Source of the DNA: the human T2T-CHM13v2.0 reference genome, Homo sapiens
Assembly (NCBI RefSeq): GCF_009914755.1
Contig: NC_060933.1
Reading direction: 5' to 3' (one strand)
Length of the DNA stretch: 64,000 nucleotides
In this document: positions 32,355 to 47,176 of the stretch, piece by piece
How positions within the stretch are numbered: the first letter of the stretch is position 1
Layout: every line of letters begins with the position of its first letter
Position numbers and translations under genes: made by a program
The notes under the pieces: model-generated
Database searches by the model: none
Seen by the model: only the letters and a program-made list of their open reading frames with translations
Told to the model about the DNA's origin: nothing

Positions 32355-33017
32355 TACACCCCACCTGCGGGGCCACGCTGCTGTGCCCCTCCCCTCCCAG
32401 CTGCCATTGTGCCCTGCCCCTTGGAGCCTGAGCTGACTTGGTGCCCTGCTTTCCAGGGAATCAGTGTCTTGGCCAGTCTAAGCAGTCACACCCCCCACTG
32501 CACGAGAGCTGAAGCACTGCCCTGCTTCACAGGGAATCAGTGTCTTGGCTGAGCTGAGCAGCCACACCTGCCAGGGATGAGCCAACATGGCACCCCCATA
32601 TCCCAGGAAAACGGCATTGGCTGAACTGGGGTACCTTGCCCTTCAGGACAAACAACTGTAGAACCCTGCTTCCTTGGAACTGGACTAGCCCTGGAGAATC
32701 TGAGTTGCCCAGGCACCTGCCTCCCCAGGGAGAGAAGTAGTTGCTGTACTGGTCCCTGCCCCCGAGGGCCCAAGCCACAGTAGTGCTCCACCATTCTGGG
32801 GTCCTTGCTGATGCTGTGCCTGGCCTTTCATAGACTGAGATGCTGCTGTGTCCCACCACTGCAGGGTCCAGAGTCACTATCATGTCACTCCCATGTCCAG
32901 AGTCACTCCCATCCCCTGGGAGTTTACTTCTTAAACTCTTCGCAAAAACAGAGTGAGAGGAAACAATTCCAAACACATTTTACCAGGCCAGTATCACCTT
33001 AATACCTAAGCCAAACC

Positions 33018-33020
<3 letters not shown>

Positions 33021-33056
<36 letters not shown>

Positions 33057-33068
33057 ACACGCACACAC
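33021..33068 (+). repeat. (CA)n microsatellite, interrupted
   Basis: Direct inspection. Confidence 0.95.
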
Positions 33069-34000
33069 CAAACAAAAACTACAGGTCAACTTCTCCAATA
33101 AATTAAATACTGATGCAAACATCCTAAAAAAATTTTAGCAAATAGAATTCAACAACACATCAAAAACATTATACATCGTGTTTAAGTGGGATTTATCCCT
33201 GGCATGCAAGGCTGGTTTAAAATATGTAAATCAATCAATGTGATATATCACATTAACAAAATGAAAGATAAAATGACATGGTCACCTCAATTGATGCAGT
33301 AAAAGCATTTAACAAAGTTTAGCAACATTTCTTGATAAAACCTCTTAATAGTTTATGTATAGAAGGAAAGTTCCTCAACATAATAAACACCATTTATGAA
33401 AAACCCACAGTCTAATCATAGTTAGTGGGGAACAACTAAAGCTTTTCCACTAAGATTGAGTACAAGATAGGGATGGCCAGCCTCATCACTTTTATTCAAT
33501 AGAGTACTTGCAAGAGCAATCAGATGAGAAAAAAAAGGCAACTAAATTAAAGAAGTAAAATTATCTCTATTTGCAGATGACAAGATCCTTTACGTAAAAA
33601 ACTCCAAAGAGTCCACAAAAAACTGTGAGAACTACTAAATCAATTCAGTTAAGCTGCAAGGTATAAACTCAACATATAAAAATCAGTTGCATTTCTGTAT
33701 ACAAATAACCTAGCTGATGAAGCAATCAAGAAAATAATCTCATTTACGATAGCATCAAAGAAAAACAAAAACTTAGGAATAAATTTAACCAAGAAGGTGA
33801 GAGATGTGTACACTTAAAAACCATAAAACATTGATGAAAGAAATCTAGACATGAACAAATGGAAAGACATCCTATGTTTATGGATCAGAAGAATTAATAT
33901 TGTTAAAATGTTCACACTACCCAAAGCAAATATACAGATTTAACACAATCCTCATCAAAGTTCTGATGACATTCTTCACAGAACAGAATAAAACAATCCT

Positions 34001-34412
<412 letters not shown>

Positions 34413-35523
34413 TTAAAATTGTATTACAAAGCTATAGTAATCAAAACAGTATGGTGCTGGCATAAAAACAAAAAAATAGACCAATGGAACGTAACAGAGA
34501 CCTTTGAAATAAATCCAAACATATACTGTCAACTAATTTTTGACAAGGGCAAACAAGACAACACAATGGTAAAAAAGATAGTCTCTTCAATAATAGGATT
34601 TTCACATGCAAAAGAATAAAATTGGACCCTGATCATACACCATACACAAAAATCAACTCAAAACAGATACAAGACCAAAGACCCAAATAAGACCTGAAAC
34701 CATAAAACTCCTAGAAGAAAACATAGGGGGAAAGCCTCTTGACATTGGCCTTAGCAATAATTTTTTGGATATCGCACCACAAGCCAGGCTACAAATGTAA
34801 ACATAAACAAGGAGGACTGCATCAAACTAAAAAGCTTCTGCACAGCAAAGGAACAACCAACAAAATGAAAGGGGAACCTACAGACTGGAAGAAATATTTG
34901 CAAACCACATATCTGATAAAGTGTTAATATCCAAAAATCAGTAAAGAACTCTTACAACTTAAGAGCAGAAAAACAACCCAGTTGAAAAATGGGCCAAATA
35001 GGAAATGACCAATAGGAAATGGGGAGATGTACATTAAAATAATACAAAGTAGCAGACATGTAGGATGAACAAGTTAGAGATCTAGTGTACATCATGAGGG
35101 CCATAGTTAATAAAAATATATTGTCTTTGGGATTTTTGTTAAATAAGTAGATTTTAGCTGTTCCTGTCACACAAACAAAAATCTAACTATGTGAGATGGT
35201 AGCTATGTTAATTTGCTTCACTATAGTAACCAGTTTACTATCTATATGTATCCTTTAAGATCATGTTGTCAACCTCAAATATATAAAATAAAATTTATTT
35301 TAAAAAAGAAAAGTTTTCCTTCAATCCAGAAAGAACCACTATTACCATTTTTTGGTGTTCCATTCCAAAATATCCCACAAATATACAATTGTTCAATCAA
35401 ATTTAACATTAGACTTTATACTTGAACATTCAAAGTATGTAAGAAATTATAGAAAAGTGTCTGTGTGACTCCCTGTCTGTAGAGCACAGGCTTCATCTCC
35501 ACTAACACACACACGACCAGTAC

Positions 35524-35699
35524 CTTATACAGAGAGTCCTTGTTTGTCTTTAGTCTGACACCATGGGCGAGCCTGAGTTGGCCCGTGGTCCACATTCCTG
35601 ACCAGGTGTCTTTCTCACCCACTGGTTTCAAGAAAGATGTTACTGGGTTATAGAAGGCTGGGATGGAAACAGGATACCAAGTTCGCATGGAGACAATAT
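35524..35699 (-). pseudogene. BMS1: BMS1P exon (DIVSMRTWYPVSIPAFYNPVTSFLKPVGEKDTWSGMWTTGQLRLAHGVRLKTNKDSLYK)
   Basis: 176 nt, AG at 35701-35700, GT at 35523-35522. Confidence 0.9.
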
Positions 35700-36041
35700 C
35701 TGAAAAGAGGTAATTTACTTTAACGTTTTCAAAAGAAGATTCATATCCATATTGTGAAGAAACAAAGAACAAAATCTTCACTCCAAACTTCTCTACCTGG
35801 CTGCAAAGTATTTGAAGGGAAAGCTCGCTAAGGAAACTATTCTCATAGATCACAGAACTGTTACTGGGTGTGGCCAGGGGACTGCAGACACAAGGCAAAT
35901 GGGCACACTGCATAAGACTGGGAGATCTAAGGCTGGAGCTGCTCAACTCTCTGGAGACCTGACTCCAGCCTCTCGTCACACTGGCTAGAAGTCAAGCATG
36001 AATGGTAACACCCTGCCCTGAACACTACTTAAGACACTCAC

Positions 36042-36189
36042 CGCTCATCCGCAGCTTATCCTCAAAGCTATCCTGGAAAGCTCCTTCTGGAGCTCAGAGT
36101 GCTCTCTTGATCTGCCCCCTTATCCCACTGACAGTTCGAATCACAGCATCTTCAAATTTGGCCACTTCCAAGGCAGAATTAAACATTCC
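36042..36189 (-). pseudogene. BMS1: BMS1P exon ([37 protein letters not shown]...) with premature stop
   Basis: 148 nt, AG/GT bounded; in-frame TGA at 36095-36093. Confidence 0.9.
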
Positions 36190-37103
36190 CTACAGGTATA
36201 GCAAGATAAAAACACACACACACACAAAATCATATACTTTATGCTTTACTTCTTACTTCAAACATACATCCTTGATTAAAGAACAAAAACAACTCACTGA
36301 AGGGTGATAAAATAATCAAAATGTATTTGCCCCTGAAAGTGGAATTACTACCTCAAAAAGAATACAACTCTTTCATTTTCCCCAAAATAATCATGTGAGT
36401 TCATGGGCATGCTCATCACTGCTGTCTGTGTGGAAGAGAAGATCGAAGAGGGATTTACTGGACTGAATTAGCCTAGGAAGCCTTTGCTGGCATCTCTCAG
36501 ACTGGACTGCAGCCCAGATCCTTTTACTCAGATGCATGCACTTAGAACATGAAAACAGTAAGATAAACGCCGGTGGTATTATTACCTTATATTGCAAGAA
36601 CATTTTATGACTTCCTAACACTGTTTTCAATAGAAACATCCCCACTAATGAAATTGTCAATAAATGCTGCTCAAACCACCCTCCCAAAATACTGAAAAAC
36701 AGTACATCCATTTCTCTGTACCCTTGCCAAGTTGTCTGCAAATGCTTTGTCGATTTTTCTACTGAGTTAGACAAACTTGTGATTTTTTTCCCTTTCTTAA
36801 CACCAATTTAAAAAGTAGGAAACAAAACCTAGTGGATAAAATGACATATTTTCAATATGAGTTCTGTGGCAGTCTCACATGGAAGTCAGGAGTAACAGCC
36901 TCAATTCCTAAATAGCTGTTTACCACTGCTTTTTTGAGCATATTTAAGTAATACAGAATATAAAGGAGCAAACAAAATATGAAGTTTATAAAAGATTTCA
37001 AACACTTTTCTAAAAATAAGAGGCCCACATTTTAGAGGTATTTCATTCCTTTTCTCAAACAATATGGACATTTATAAATATGAGAATATATAGATATACA
37101 GAC

Positions 37104-37226
37104 CTTAATAAATGAAGTGTTCTTGAAAATTTTATATGGAAAACCAGTTAGCTTTAATTTCTTCACAACTTTTATGGATTTATCCAGATCAAGGACAACT
37201 CCTGTGGCAGCTATCCGAAAATCAGG
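37104..37226 (-). pseudogene. BMS1: BMS1P exon ([41 protein letters not shown])
   Basis: 123 nt, AG/GT bounded, open frame. Confidence 0.9.
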
Positions 37227-37401
37227 CTAACAGGAGCCCCAAAATTTGAAAATAGGAATAATATTAGCAAGAGAAAAACTTCAATTCTATGTGACACAAT
37301 AAATTACCAAAGTGAATTTTACTTACAATTAGTTAAGAAAAACAAGAGAGACCATCTGAACTTGCAACCCATTGGTTTGACAAAAGCAATCCAAAACTTT
37401 A

Positions 37402-37798
<397 letters not shown>

Positions 37799-38332
37799 TT
37801 ACTATAATGATTTATTTGGAACGAAATGGAAAAGAAAAATACAGTTGCAATGTTTAGGAAATTAAAATTTGGACCTCCAGGGAAGATTCCATCTGCTCAT
37901 TATTCTGCTTTCTTCTCTGTTAAATGGGACCAGTAAACCCTGCCCTGCCTGACTGGTCAAATGAAAATGGAGTGAACAGACTGCTACCCCAGCACAGCTG
38001 CAGGGAGTCTTGTGTCTGGGTGGTCTCTGACGGCTCCTCATAACCTCATATAGTGCTTAGCACATGGTGAGCACTGCTTAAATACTTGCTTGGATAAATA
38101 AATGCAAAAGATGCATAAAAATAGGAAATGTACCATTATAATTCTTCCACCTCCCCTCCTCTAATCCCACACCCTACTGAAAAGGATGTACGAAGATTAA
38201 AAGCAAAGGGAAATTTACTTTATATTAATAAAAATGAGTAATTTTCAACTTAAAGTCTCATGTACATAATAACCCACATTCAGGATATATTTCTCAAACC
38301 AATCTGTAAAAGAAATCGTCCAAGATAGTTAC

Positions 38333-38391
38333 CATTATGCCACTGACAGACTGTATTGCCAAGAAACCAGTTCCCTGTGGAGTGATAGGGT
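38333..38391 (-). pseudogene. BMS1: BMS1P exon (PITPQGTGFLAIQSVSGIM)
   Basis: 59 nt, AG/GT bounded. Confidence 0.88.
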
Positions 38392-38637
38392 CTTAAAGGA
38401 AAAGGAAAAAAAGAAATATAGCAAACCAGAAATTTTAGATTCTAGTTTAACATACTGGATATGGACATTTAGATTTGGATATAGATGTACATATATACTC
38501 CAAACCACCTCCCCGCTCCCAGAAAAGAGAAACATCTTAGGAGTGGAATTTTATGAAAGGAAAAGCACAAAGCTAAAATAACACAGCCTGTAAAGTTTAA
38601 TCTCGGCAATAGGCAAGTTATTGTAATCATATTTTAC

Positions 38638-38818
38638 CCCAAAAGGCTGCTCCACAATGGATGTGCTGTGGCGTATACTTTAGAAGCCTTTGTCTTCCAT
38701 TGTGGTCTTCGATATAATAGAGCAGGATGGTCTGAAACCTCCTCCACCCTACAGAAAATATGATTGGATCTTGGGACTTGAGGATTTTCTTATACCAGCG
38801 ATGATTCTTCAGACGCAT
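38638..38818 (-). pseudogene. BMS1: BMS1P exon ([30 protein letters not shown]...HCGAAFW)
   Basis: 181 nt, AG/GT bounded; within ORF 38627..39148. Confidence 0.92.
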
Positions 38819-38902
38819 CTGAGGGGGATGAGAGGGTAAGATGATTGATGGAGGGGAAATCCACAGAGCCTCAGGCACCAAATACGCAGCAAAGGGACCC
38901 AC

Positions 38903-39091
38903 CTGCACGTGTCCAACATTTCCCTCACTGTTGCCCAAGCCACCCAGGATAATGGGGTAATGGGGGTCAAAGTTCTGCACAAATTCACAGGGAACATTTT
39001 CAATCTCAACACGGACATACATCCCAGGTCGAAAACCCTCATACTGAACTCTGGCTTCATCATCTTGATCTTCAAATTCTACGTGATTCAG
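38903..39091 (-). pseudogene. BMS1: BMS1P exon ([37 protein letters not shown]...GHVQ)
   Basis: 189 nt, AG/GT bounded. Confidence 0.92.
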
Positions 39092-39239
39092 CTGTACATG
39101 ATGGGGTGGGGGGGGGAAAACCTGTATGCTGTTATTTGTAATAAACATAGGATTAACATGAACAAATGAGCAATTTCTAAGTAAAGGAACTGTGGACAGA
39201 ATTATGTAGGCTTTATCCTATTAAAAATACTACACATTT

Positions 39240-39544
39240 GGCCGGGTACAGTGGCTCATGCCTGTAATCCAGCACTTTGGGAGGCCGAGGCGGGCAGATC
39301 ACATGAGGTCAGGAGTTTGAAACCAGCCTCGCCAACATGGTGAAACCCTGTCTCTACTAAAAATACCAAAATCAGCTGGGCATGGTGGTGCGTGCCTGTA
39401 GTCCCAACTACTCAGGAGGCAGAGGCGAGAGAATCGCTTGAACCTGGGAGACGGAGGTTGCAGTGAGTCAAGATCGTGCCACTGCACTCCAGCCTGGGCA
39501 ATAGAGCGAGATTCCATCTCAAAAAACAAAAAAACAAAAAAAAA
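39240..39544 (+). mobile_element. AluS
   Basis: TSD CTACACATTT on both sides. Confidence 0.93.
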
Positions 39545-39877
39545 CCCTACACATTTTACCTCTACAGTCTGTTCAGAATATGTCCCAACCATTTTCTTCT
39601 CTCCTGCTCCAAGGGACAGCAAATGTAGATAACTGTGGAGCCCTGCATGCTCAAACATTGGAAACATCCCCAGTCCACACTTTCTTTCCTTCCTCTCCAA
39701 ATAATTCTTTCACACTTTTCCCTTGTCTTCAAACACCCACCACCACCCTCACCTTCACTCAGCTGATGGCTGTTTCCTGATTCACTCCAAAACCAAAAGA
39801 ACCTCTACGGTCAACCCTATACCAGGGTTTCCTCCCATATCCAGCCTTATCAGAGCTCTGACCTGCCCCATAGAGGA

Positions 39878-40052
39878 GCTATGTGTGGCTATTTAAATTA
39901 AAATTAATTACAATTACATAATATTTAAAATGCAGTTCCTCAATCACACTAGTCACACTGGAAGTGGTCCGTATCAACCTGTGGCCAGTGTTACAACATT
40001 GGGAAGCACAGATGTGCATCTCCATGATCACAGAAAGTTCTACGGGCAGCTC
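39878..40052. mobile_element. hAT-Charlie MITE (MER3/MER33-like)
   Basis: atgtgtggctatttaaattaaaattaatt...cagttcctcaatcacactagtcacac...catgatcacagaaagttctacgggcag. Confidence 0.65.
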
Positions 40053-40099
40053 AGGCACAGATGATTTGTCCATGCCTCTACTCAGGGCCACACATCACT

Positions 40100-41030
40100 T
40101 GCTCACTAGACACCATCCACTCTTCCTGGACTTTATTCCAACAGCTCTTCCCTCTGTTCTCTCTCTCATCTCAAAACCTTTTGATTCCACTTCTTCCACC
40201 AAAAACTGCTTCATTTCTCTGCTTCTCTCTGCAGCAAAACCCCACAAAAGTTTTCCACAGTTACAGCCTCCAGTTCCTCTGCTCCCATTCTCCTACATCC
40301 ATGAAAATTGGTGCTTGCCAAGATCGCTGAAGGCCTCCACGCTGAAGGACTCCTCCGGTGGTCAACTCTGCCTTTACCATAGTTAACACTGCAGCGGGAT
40401 CTGAAAAGTGTTTCGCCTCCGTGTACAACTGGACTCCTGCGTGCCTGCAGGCTCACACTGCTTCTCCCTCTCCCTCCTAGGCACTGCTCAGGCCTCACGG
40501 CCGCAATCGCCCCATCTCGCCCATGCCAGTCTTGCTCCTCCCAGTCACTCTGCACTCACTCCCCGGCCACCTCACAGAGTTAAGTGGCATCTACATGCTG
40601 AGGGCTGTACATCTAAGTCCCTGGCCAGACCTGTCTCTCCAGACTTGACACTCCGCTTGTCTGCATGATACCCAGCCGAAACAAACATCATCTTCCCAAA
40701 ACTGCATCTGCAGACAGTTTCCTATCTAACCTGCAACAACCCATCCTTCCAGGAACTTCCAGTCGCCATCCTCATTTCCTCACACACCCCACATTCAGTC
40801 CACCAGGAGATCCTACTGACCCAGCTTCCAAATAAACTCTATCCGGGTTTGACTCTTTGTCTCATCTCCACTGCCAGCCCTCTGGTTTGTGCCACCGGAC
40901 TGATCTCTACCGGACTGATGTCTTGGCAGAGTGATCTGATTACCTGAATGTCTCTCCTCTGCTCAAAACCCTCCAAGGACTCCCATTTCAGAGTGAAACA
41001 TTCAGTCTCTTCCAATGGCCCACAAGGCTC
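40100..41030 (+). mobile_element. L2 LINE fragment
   Basis: Pyrimidine-rich L2 3' motifs, e.g. ctcctctgctcaaaaccctccaaggactccc. Confidence 0.6.
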
Positions 41031-41842
41031 TAGGTAATTTTAAATTGTAAATGGTGTGAAGCAGAAACTTCAGAGTTAGCCTAGTCATGCCTTTCAAAGG
41101 TCAACACAGACTAGCAACCACTAAGCTAATGCCTAATCAGGAAACAGTCCTTTGACTAGATGAAGATCTAGGATGAAACTCCGTTTCACAAATCATATAC
41201 CTAATCTGTTCCAGCTTACACAGGCACTCCTGGCCTCACTAACAAGACGTAACTCAGATGCTCACCATCAACTGTACACACGTTTCTGTGTCTGTCTCCT
41301 TCAGAGTGAGATCACCGCCTCCAGCAACCTGCTCAGCACCCCCAGGCAGGAGGGCCACACCATCTCCCTTTATCTCCGCATCTGACCTTATACTCCACAT
41401 GTCCTTCTGAACTCTGACCAGGATTAGTTTTCAGAGCACTTCCCCTGGGAGCTCTGCTGTGTCCATAAGCCACACGGGCCACTGATCACCTGCCATTCAA
41501 ATCAGGGAGCAGCGATCGGAATAGGCAGCATTGGCTTGCACTGAAATAAACACATTGTCTCAGATCACTACATTGTAAAAGTCTCAAAAGTAGAGACCAT
41601 GTCTCAGTCACTTCGGTTTCCTAATTCTTGTTACAAAACAGGTATGGATCTTTTTCTGGTGATCTTCTGACTGTAGAAACAATGAGCTCACTGCATGAAT
41701 AAATACACTCACATGCATCTACCCAGGAGTCCAAATGAAAGGCACAGAAGCAGGATAGGAAGCAGGGACCCAAAGAAAGTCAGGGATTCCTGCACTATGT
41801 GATAGTCTTGACAAGGGGCTGAGAGGAACTGAGGTTTCTCAC

Positions 41843-42014
41843 CTGTGCTTCTTTCTGCATTTCTCCTTTAAGATCATCAAAATATGTGCTTTCTCCTTCA
41901 TCATATTCTGCATCAAACATCTCCTTCAATTTTCTCTTCTTATCCAAATGCTTTTTCTTGGCACTTTCTTCTTCGTCGGGGTCAATTTCTTCCTTGTTTC
42001 TCTATATCTTCATT
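41843..42014 (-). pseudogene. BMS1: BMS1P exon (NEDIEK//KEEIDPDEEESAKKKHLDKKRKLKEMFDAEYDEGESTYFDDLKGEMQKEAQ), frameshifted
   Basis: 172 nt between phase-0 sites, not a multiple of 3; small deletion after GAG AAA. Confidence 0.88.
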
Positions 42015-42659
42015 CTTAAATTTCCAGAAGAAAAAATTTTGTGTATGTTTATGAAGGTCTTTTCTTTAAACATTACATTTTTTAAAGTTCTATTTAAACA
42101 AAAATCTTAGCAAAAATCTGTTATCATTATCAATAAAACAAAACAAAACACAACATAACCTTTGTCTCTGAATAACATGGTACTGCTACAGGAAATTGTT
42201 ACATCTGCATTACAATTAGCTGCTATTCCTTAAGCTGGCTGGGAACACAAACTAGAATAAAAATAACAGACATGTCCCTCACCCAGATGCTCCCAGACCC
42301 TGTTCTAAAGAAATATTAGGGAGAACAGGGACTTCATTCTTTTAAATGACACTTAAATTTAAAAAGAGGAGAATGATGGCAATGGTTGAATGTAAGTCTG
42401 AGAAGCTAAGACTTCTGTGAGTGAAAAATCACAGTGGTCTTGGCAAATGACTATGGCAAGAAACGGTAGTAACTGTCGTCCAAAACTTAATAAGTAAACA
42501 AGAAAGCTTCTCTTTGGTCCCCACATCCCCACCCTTTAGGAAGGAATCTATCCATCCAGTCTGCAATCTTCACACATCACAAGTAAGATTTGCATTTCTC
42601 AATGTGGGCCTCTCTCAGAACACAATGACCAAGAACAGCCAGCTACGACAAAGTCATAC

Positions 42660-42731
42660 CTGAGTGTCGGGGCCCGATTTTCCCTTGTGCACGTCCTGTT
42701 TCCAAGTCTTCAAAGTCACCGTAGAGCTCCT
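42660..42731 (-). pseudogene. BMS1: BMS1P exon (EELYGDFEDLETG//VHKGKSGPDTQ), 2-bp deletion frameshift
   Basis: 72 nt, AG/GT bounded; acaggacgtg where the frame needs acaggggacgtg. Confidence 0.88.
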
Positions 42732-42931
42732 CTGGGAAAAGAACACCCAAAGGCTGCTCTGTGAGCCAGGCATGCATGTGCTGCTGGCCCCACCCACGAC
42801 AGGCCCACAGTGCGCTCCGCGTTCCAAGCCTCATTCTTACTGTTCCCGTCACTAGACACACAGGCAAAACTTTGCACTAGGGAATGCTTCGTAAAACAGT
42901 TAGTATTTCATCATCTGTTTAGGTAAACTAA

Positions 42932-43318
<387 letters not shown>

Positions 43319-43637
43319 AATGGACACTTTTTATGAAAGGCACAGAGGTCTATCTGTGTCCCCCAAATGAATAATTCAAAGAGTGAATGGAAAAGTCCCA
43401 TGCTGATAACCAGCACATGTGAAAAGGAGTCTCAATGTAAGTTCAACACAACACAATCGTGTAACACACCTAGGGGAAATTTTAGATCATATAAAACATA
43501 GCATTTAGATTAAGAGTAGAGCCCCAAACCACACCAAACCCATGGGAAGAGCTTATTCACTCATTCATTCCTTCATTTGTTTTTGGAGCTCTGGGTTCAA
43601 TTATAGTTCCCACTCTTAAAAGAAATAGACAAGTAAG

Positions 43638-43781
43638 GCTGGGTGCAGTGGCTCACACCTGTAAACCCAGCACTTTGGGGGCCCGGGAGGCAGAGGTTGC
43701 AGTGAGCCATAATTGTGTCACTGAACTCCAGCCTGGGTGACAAAGTGAGACCCTGTCTCAAAAAAAGGAAAACAAAAGAAA
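43638..43781 (+). mobile_element. Internally deleted Alu
   Basis: First ~43 bp of the left arm joined to cccgggaggcagaggttgcagtgagcc of the right arm. Confidence 0.8.
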
Positions 43782-46315
43782 GAGGCCAGTTAAAACTCAT
43801 TTGGGAGAGCAATGTTTAGAAGGCTATTAAAACATTTTCACATAAGGGCCAAAGAACCAGGTAGACGTTATAAAAGATAGGAAGCTCCTATTTGTAATAA
43901 AAGCAAAAAAGGATAAAATAGGAATAAACCTAACAAGAAGTGCACCAGAACTTTATTTATTTAAAAAAGAAGAAAAGCTTTAATATGCTACCAAAGGACA
44001 AAAGGAATAGCATCACTACCAACACTCGTAAGTGCTCTCCACACCAGGCACTGTGTTAAGTACTTTCCTTGCCTTAACCACATTCTTCAACCCAAGGAAG
44101 TAGGTGTTGTAAATATTATATACTGAATAATGGTATGTCCTCATTTGAAAAGGAAGACTCGACATCACAAATACGCCAATTCTCCCTTTAGCACAGTTAC
44201 AACCCGAAACCACCACTAAGGATTTCTGGTCTAAAGAAGATAACATATTATACCCTCCTAAGAAATGTAACCCAAACTCTAGAAATAATAGACAGGAGAT
44301 GATCAATGGAGAATCCCGAAAGGTGGACAGAAAAAGGCTGCTGAGGGACTCTAGGACTAGGGAATGCATAGTGTCCAGGTGTCTCCCTGGATCTCATCCA
44401 GTAGGAAGGTGACCCAAGCCCAGAGTTTCCCAACTCCCAACGTAGCAATAGAAGGCAACCCAGGCAGACTCAGTCCCCGCAGATCAAAGGAGATCTTCCC
44501 CACAACAAGAAAACCAGCTCCACACACCAAGACAACCACCATTCCCCACCCACCTAGCTGCAGCAGGTGGCCCAGCCTGGGGCAGCTCCCCTGTTCCCTC
44601 AGGTGGGCAACAGCAGGGACTGGTGGGAGAATCCCAGTGATACATATTAGCCAAACAGACCAAAATAACACCATGAAGCCTCTGAAAATAAATTGCCATT
44701 GGAATCACAGCCCACAAAGTAGACCAAGACCTACAGACTAAACCTAAACAGGAGGACTGCCTGCAAAAATAAAAAAAAATTACATAGGCAGATGTTGGAA
44801 CCACCTGACTCATCACTTATAACAGTCAGTATAAAAATGCTTCAACAAGCAACTACAAATCCTATGGCAACAATCAAAGAACTGAAAACGTCAGCAAAGA
44901 AACTGAAGAAGAATCAAATGGAAATTACACAAATATAAAATACAGTAACAGAAATATAAAAAAAATCTAACTGGATAGGCTCTATTGAGTAAAAGTGGAG
45001 ATGACAGAGGAGAGAATCAGAGAAGCTGAAACCTGATCAACAGAATTCACCCAGTCTAAACAACAGAGAGAAAATAACCTGAAAACAAATGAACAGAGCT
45101 GCACGGACCTGTGGGACAATAACAAAAGACCCCGCATTTATGTTATCTGAGTCCCACAGGAGACCAGAGCTGCGAAAGCATGCAAATAACTAATTCCTGA
45201 GGCTTCCCACATTTGGTGAAAGATATAAACTTACAGATTCAAGAAGCTGAGCAAACCTCAAAGTATCCCAAAAGAAAGCAACACTGATTAAACTTTCAAA
45301 ACTAAAAACAAAGAGCAAAAATGGCAGAATGCCTGTAGGGACGTGCCAACTCAAATGCCATGGAGGCCAGAAGGAAGTGGCACAACATTTTCAAGTGCTT
45401 AAAAAAAACCAACCAAACAAAAAAACGAACCAAACAAAAAAACCGTTGGCTGCAAATTCTATAACCCATGAAACTACCCTTCAGAAATGAAGAGAGAAAT
45501 AAAGACATTCTCAGAGGAAGAAAATATAGGAATTTGTCACTGGTCAATTTAGAAATGCTAAAAAGTGGCTACAGAAATATGTTCTGTCATTTCCACAATA
45601 CAAAAAATTAAAACAAAAAAATCAAAATAAAAAAATGGCTACAGAAAGTTCTTATGCAGCAGGGATGAATATGGGACTATGGGAGGGGGGACAAAGGAAA
45701 GACCAGAAATGTGGATACATACACGAGACAATCCACAGTTCTTAAAATCACATTTGACCACTGAAACAAAAACTATACCACCACGTACTACTCAAGCCAG
45801 TGATTTATACAAGTGGAAAAGGTAAAGAGACATAAATGCAAGGCAGGTTTCCACACTTTGAAGTGGTAAATACTGGTGCCAGTAGACTACTATATTACAA
45901 TACACATATTGTAACATCCAGAGCAAACACTTTAAGACTATACAAAGAGATACACGCAACAACATTATACAGAAATAGATCAAGATGGAGGGAAAGAAAA
46001 CGGAAACAAAAAAGCAAATAATAAAAACATCAGACATAAGCAATTATGTAACAATAAGCACCTTAAATGTAAATGGTCTAAATAAACCAAAAGACAGATT
46101 GATGGAGAGCCTATAATAAACACATGGTCCAACTAAATACTGTTCATAAGAAACTTCAAACTCACTTAAGGACCTAAGTAGGTTGAAAGTAAAAGAATGG
46201 AGAAAGATATCCTGTGAAATCATTAATTTTTTAAGGAAGCAGGAGTGAATATATTAATATCTCATGAAGTAGACTTCAAGCAAAATAATTTACCAGAGCT
46301 GGAGAGGATCTTCAC

Positions 46316-46825
46316 TGAATTTTAAGATCTAAAATTTCCTATGCTGCCTTGACATCTTTGAGCCTCACAGGGCCCCAAAGGCCTAGCCGTGGGTTTTCCT
46401 GTTTCTACCAGACACCCCCTACCCCGCCGCCCAACAGGAAAGGCTCCCCACCTGGCTAGTTCTTTTATCAGCCAGAACAGTTGCACCTCAGCCTAAGAAG
46501 TTTCACTTCACCTGTCTGCCAGCCCATGAATTTATTCAAACAAGCCAATTGCTCTCCCCCTCGGGAACCATTGGTCATTGTGTGCTCTTGTTACTACCAA
46601 GCCTGCCTGCTTCCTCAGCCCGCAGCCCTCACTCCGCTACAGAGTGCGGTGCCCATCTGACCCTGTGTGGCATGCAGTGTCCTCCTCTGAGCTGTGGGTA
46701 TATGTGACTAAAACACTGCTGTCAATCTCATCCATCCACGCCAGGTGTCGTGTTCAGCCATCTCCTACACTTTAGGGCAGGGACCCCTTCTTCACCAATG
46801 GGGTGAAAAGGAAGTGACCATAACA
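46316..46825 (+). mobile_element. ERV LTR (MER34/MER4-group-like) inserted in L1
   Basis: GC-richer island interrupting L1, with ctaaaatttcctatgctgccttgacatc..., a degenerate poly-A signal (actaaa) and a CA end; family uncertain. Confidence 0.5.
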
Positions 46826-46909
46826 ACTGCTTAGTGACAAAAGGATTGACCCACCAAGAAGACATCTACTTCAACATCCTCCTCTTAGCAACTATTAAAA
46901 CTAGGCAGA

Positions 46910-47176
46910 GGCCGGGCACAGCGGCTCATGCCTGTAATCCCAGAACTCTGGGAGGCAAAGACAAAGGATAGCTTGAGGCCAGGAGTTCGAGCCTGGGCAA
47001 CATAGCAAGGCCTCATCTCTCCAAAAAATTTTAAATTTAGCCAGGTGTGCCGGCACACACCTATAGTACCAGCTACTCAGGAGGTTAAGCCAGGGGAAGT
47101 ACTTGACCCTAGGAAGTCAAGGCTGCAGTGAGTCATGTTCGTGCCACCGCACTCCAGTGTAAGTGACAGAGTGAAA
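46910..47176 (+). mobile_element. AluJ
   Basis: ggccgggcacagcggctcatgcctgtaatcccag...aggatagcttgaggccaggagttcgag. Confidence 0.85.
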
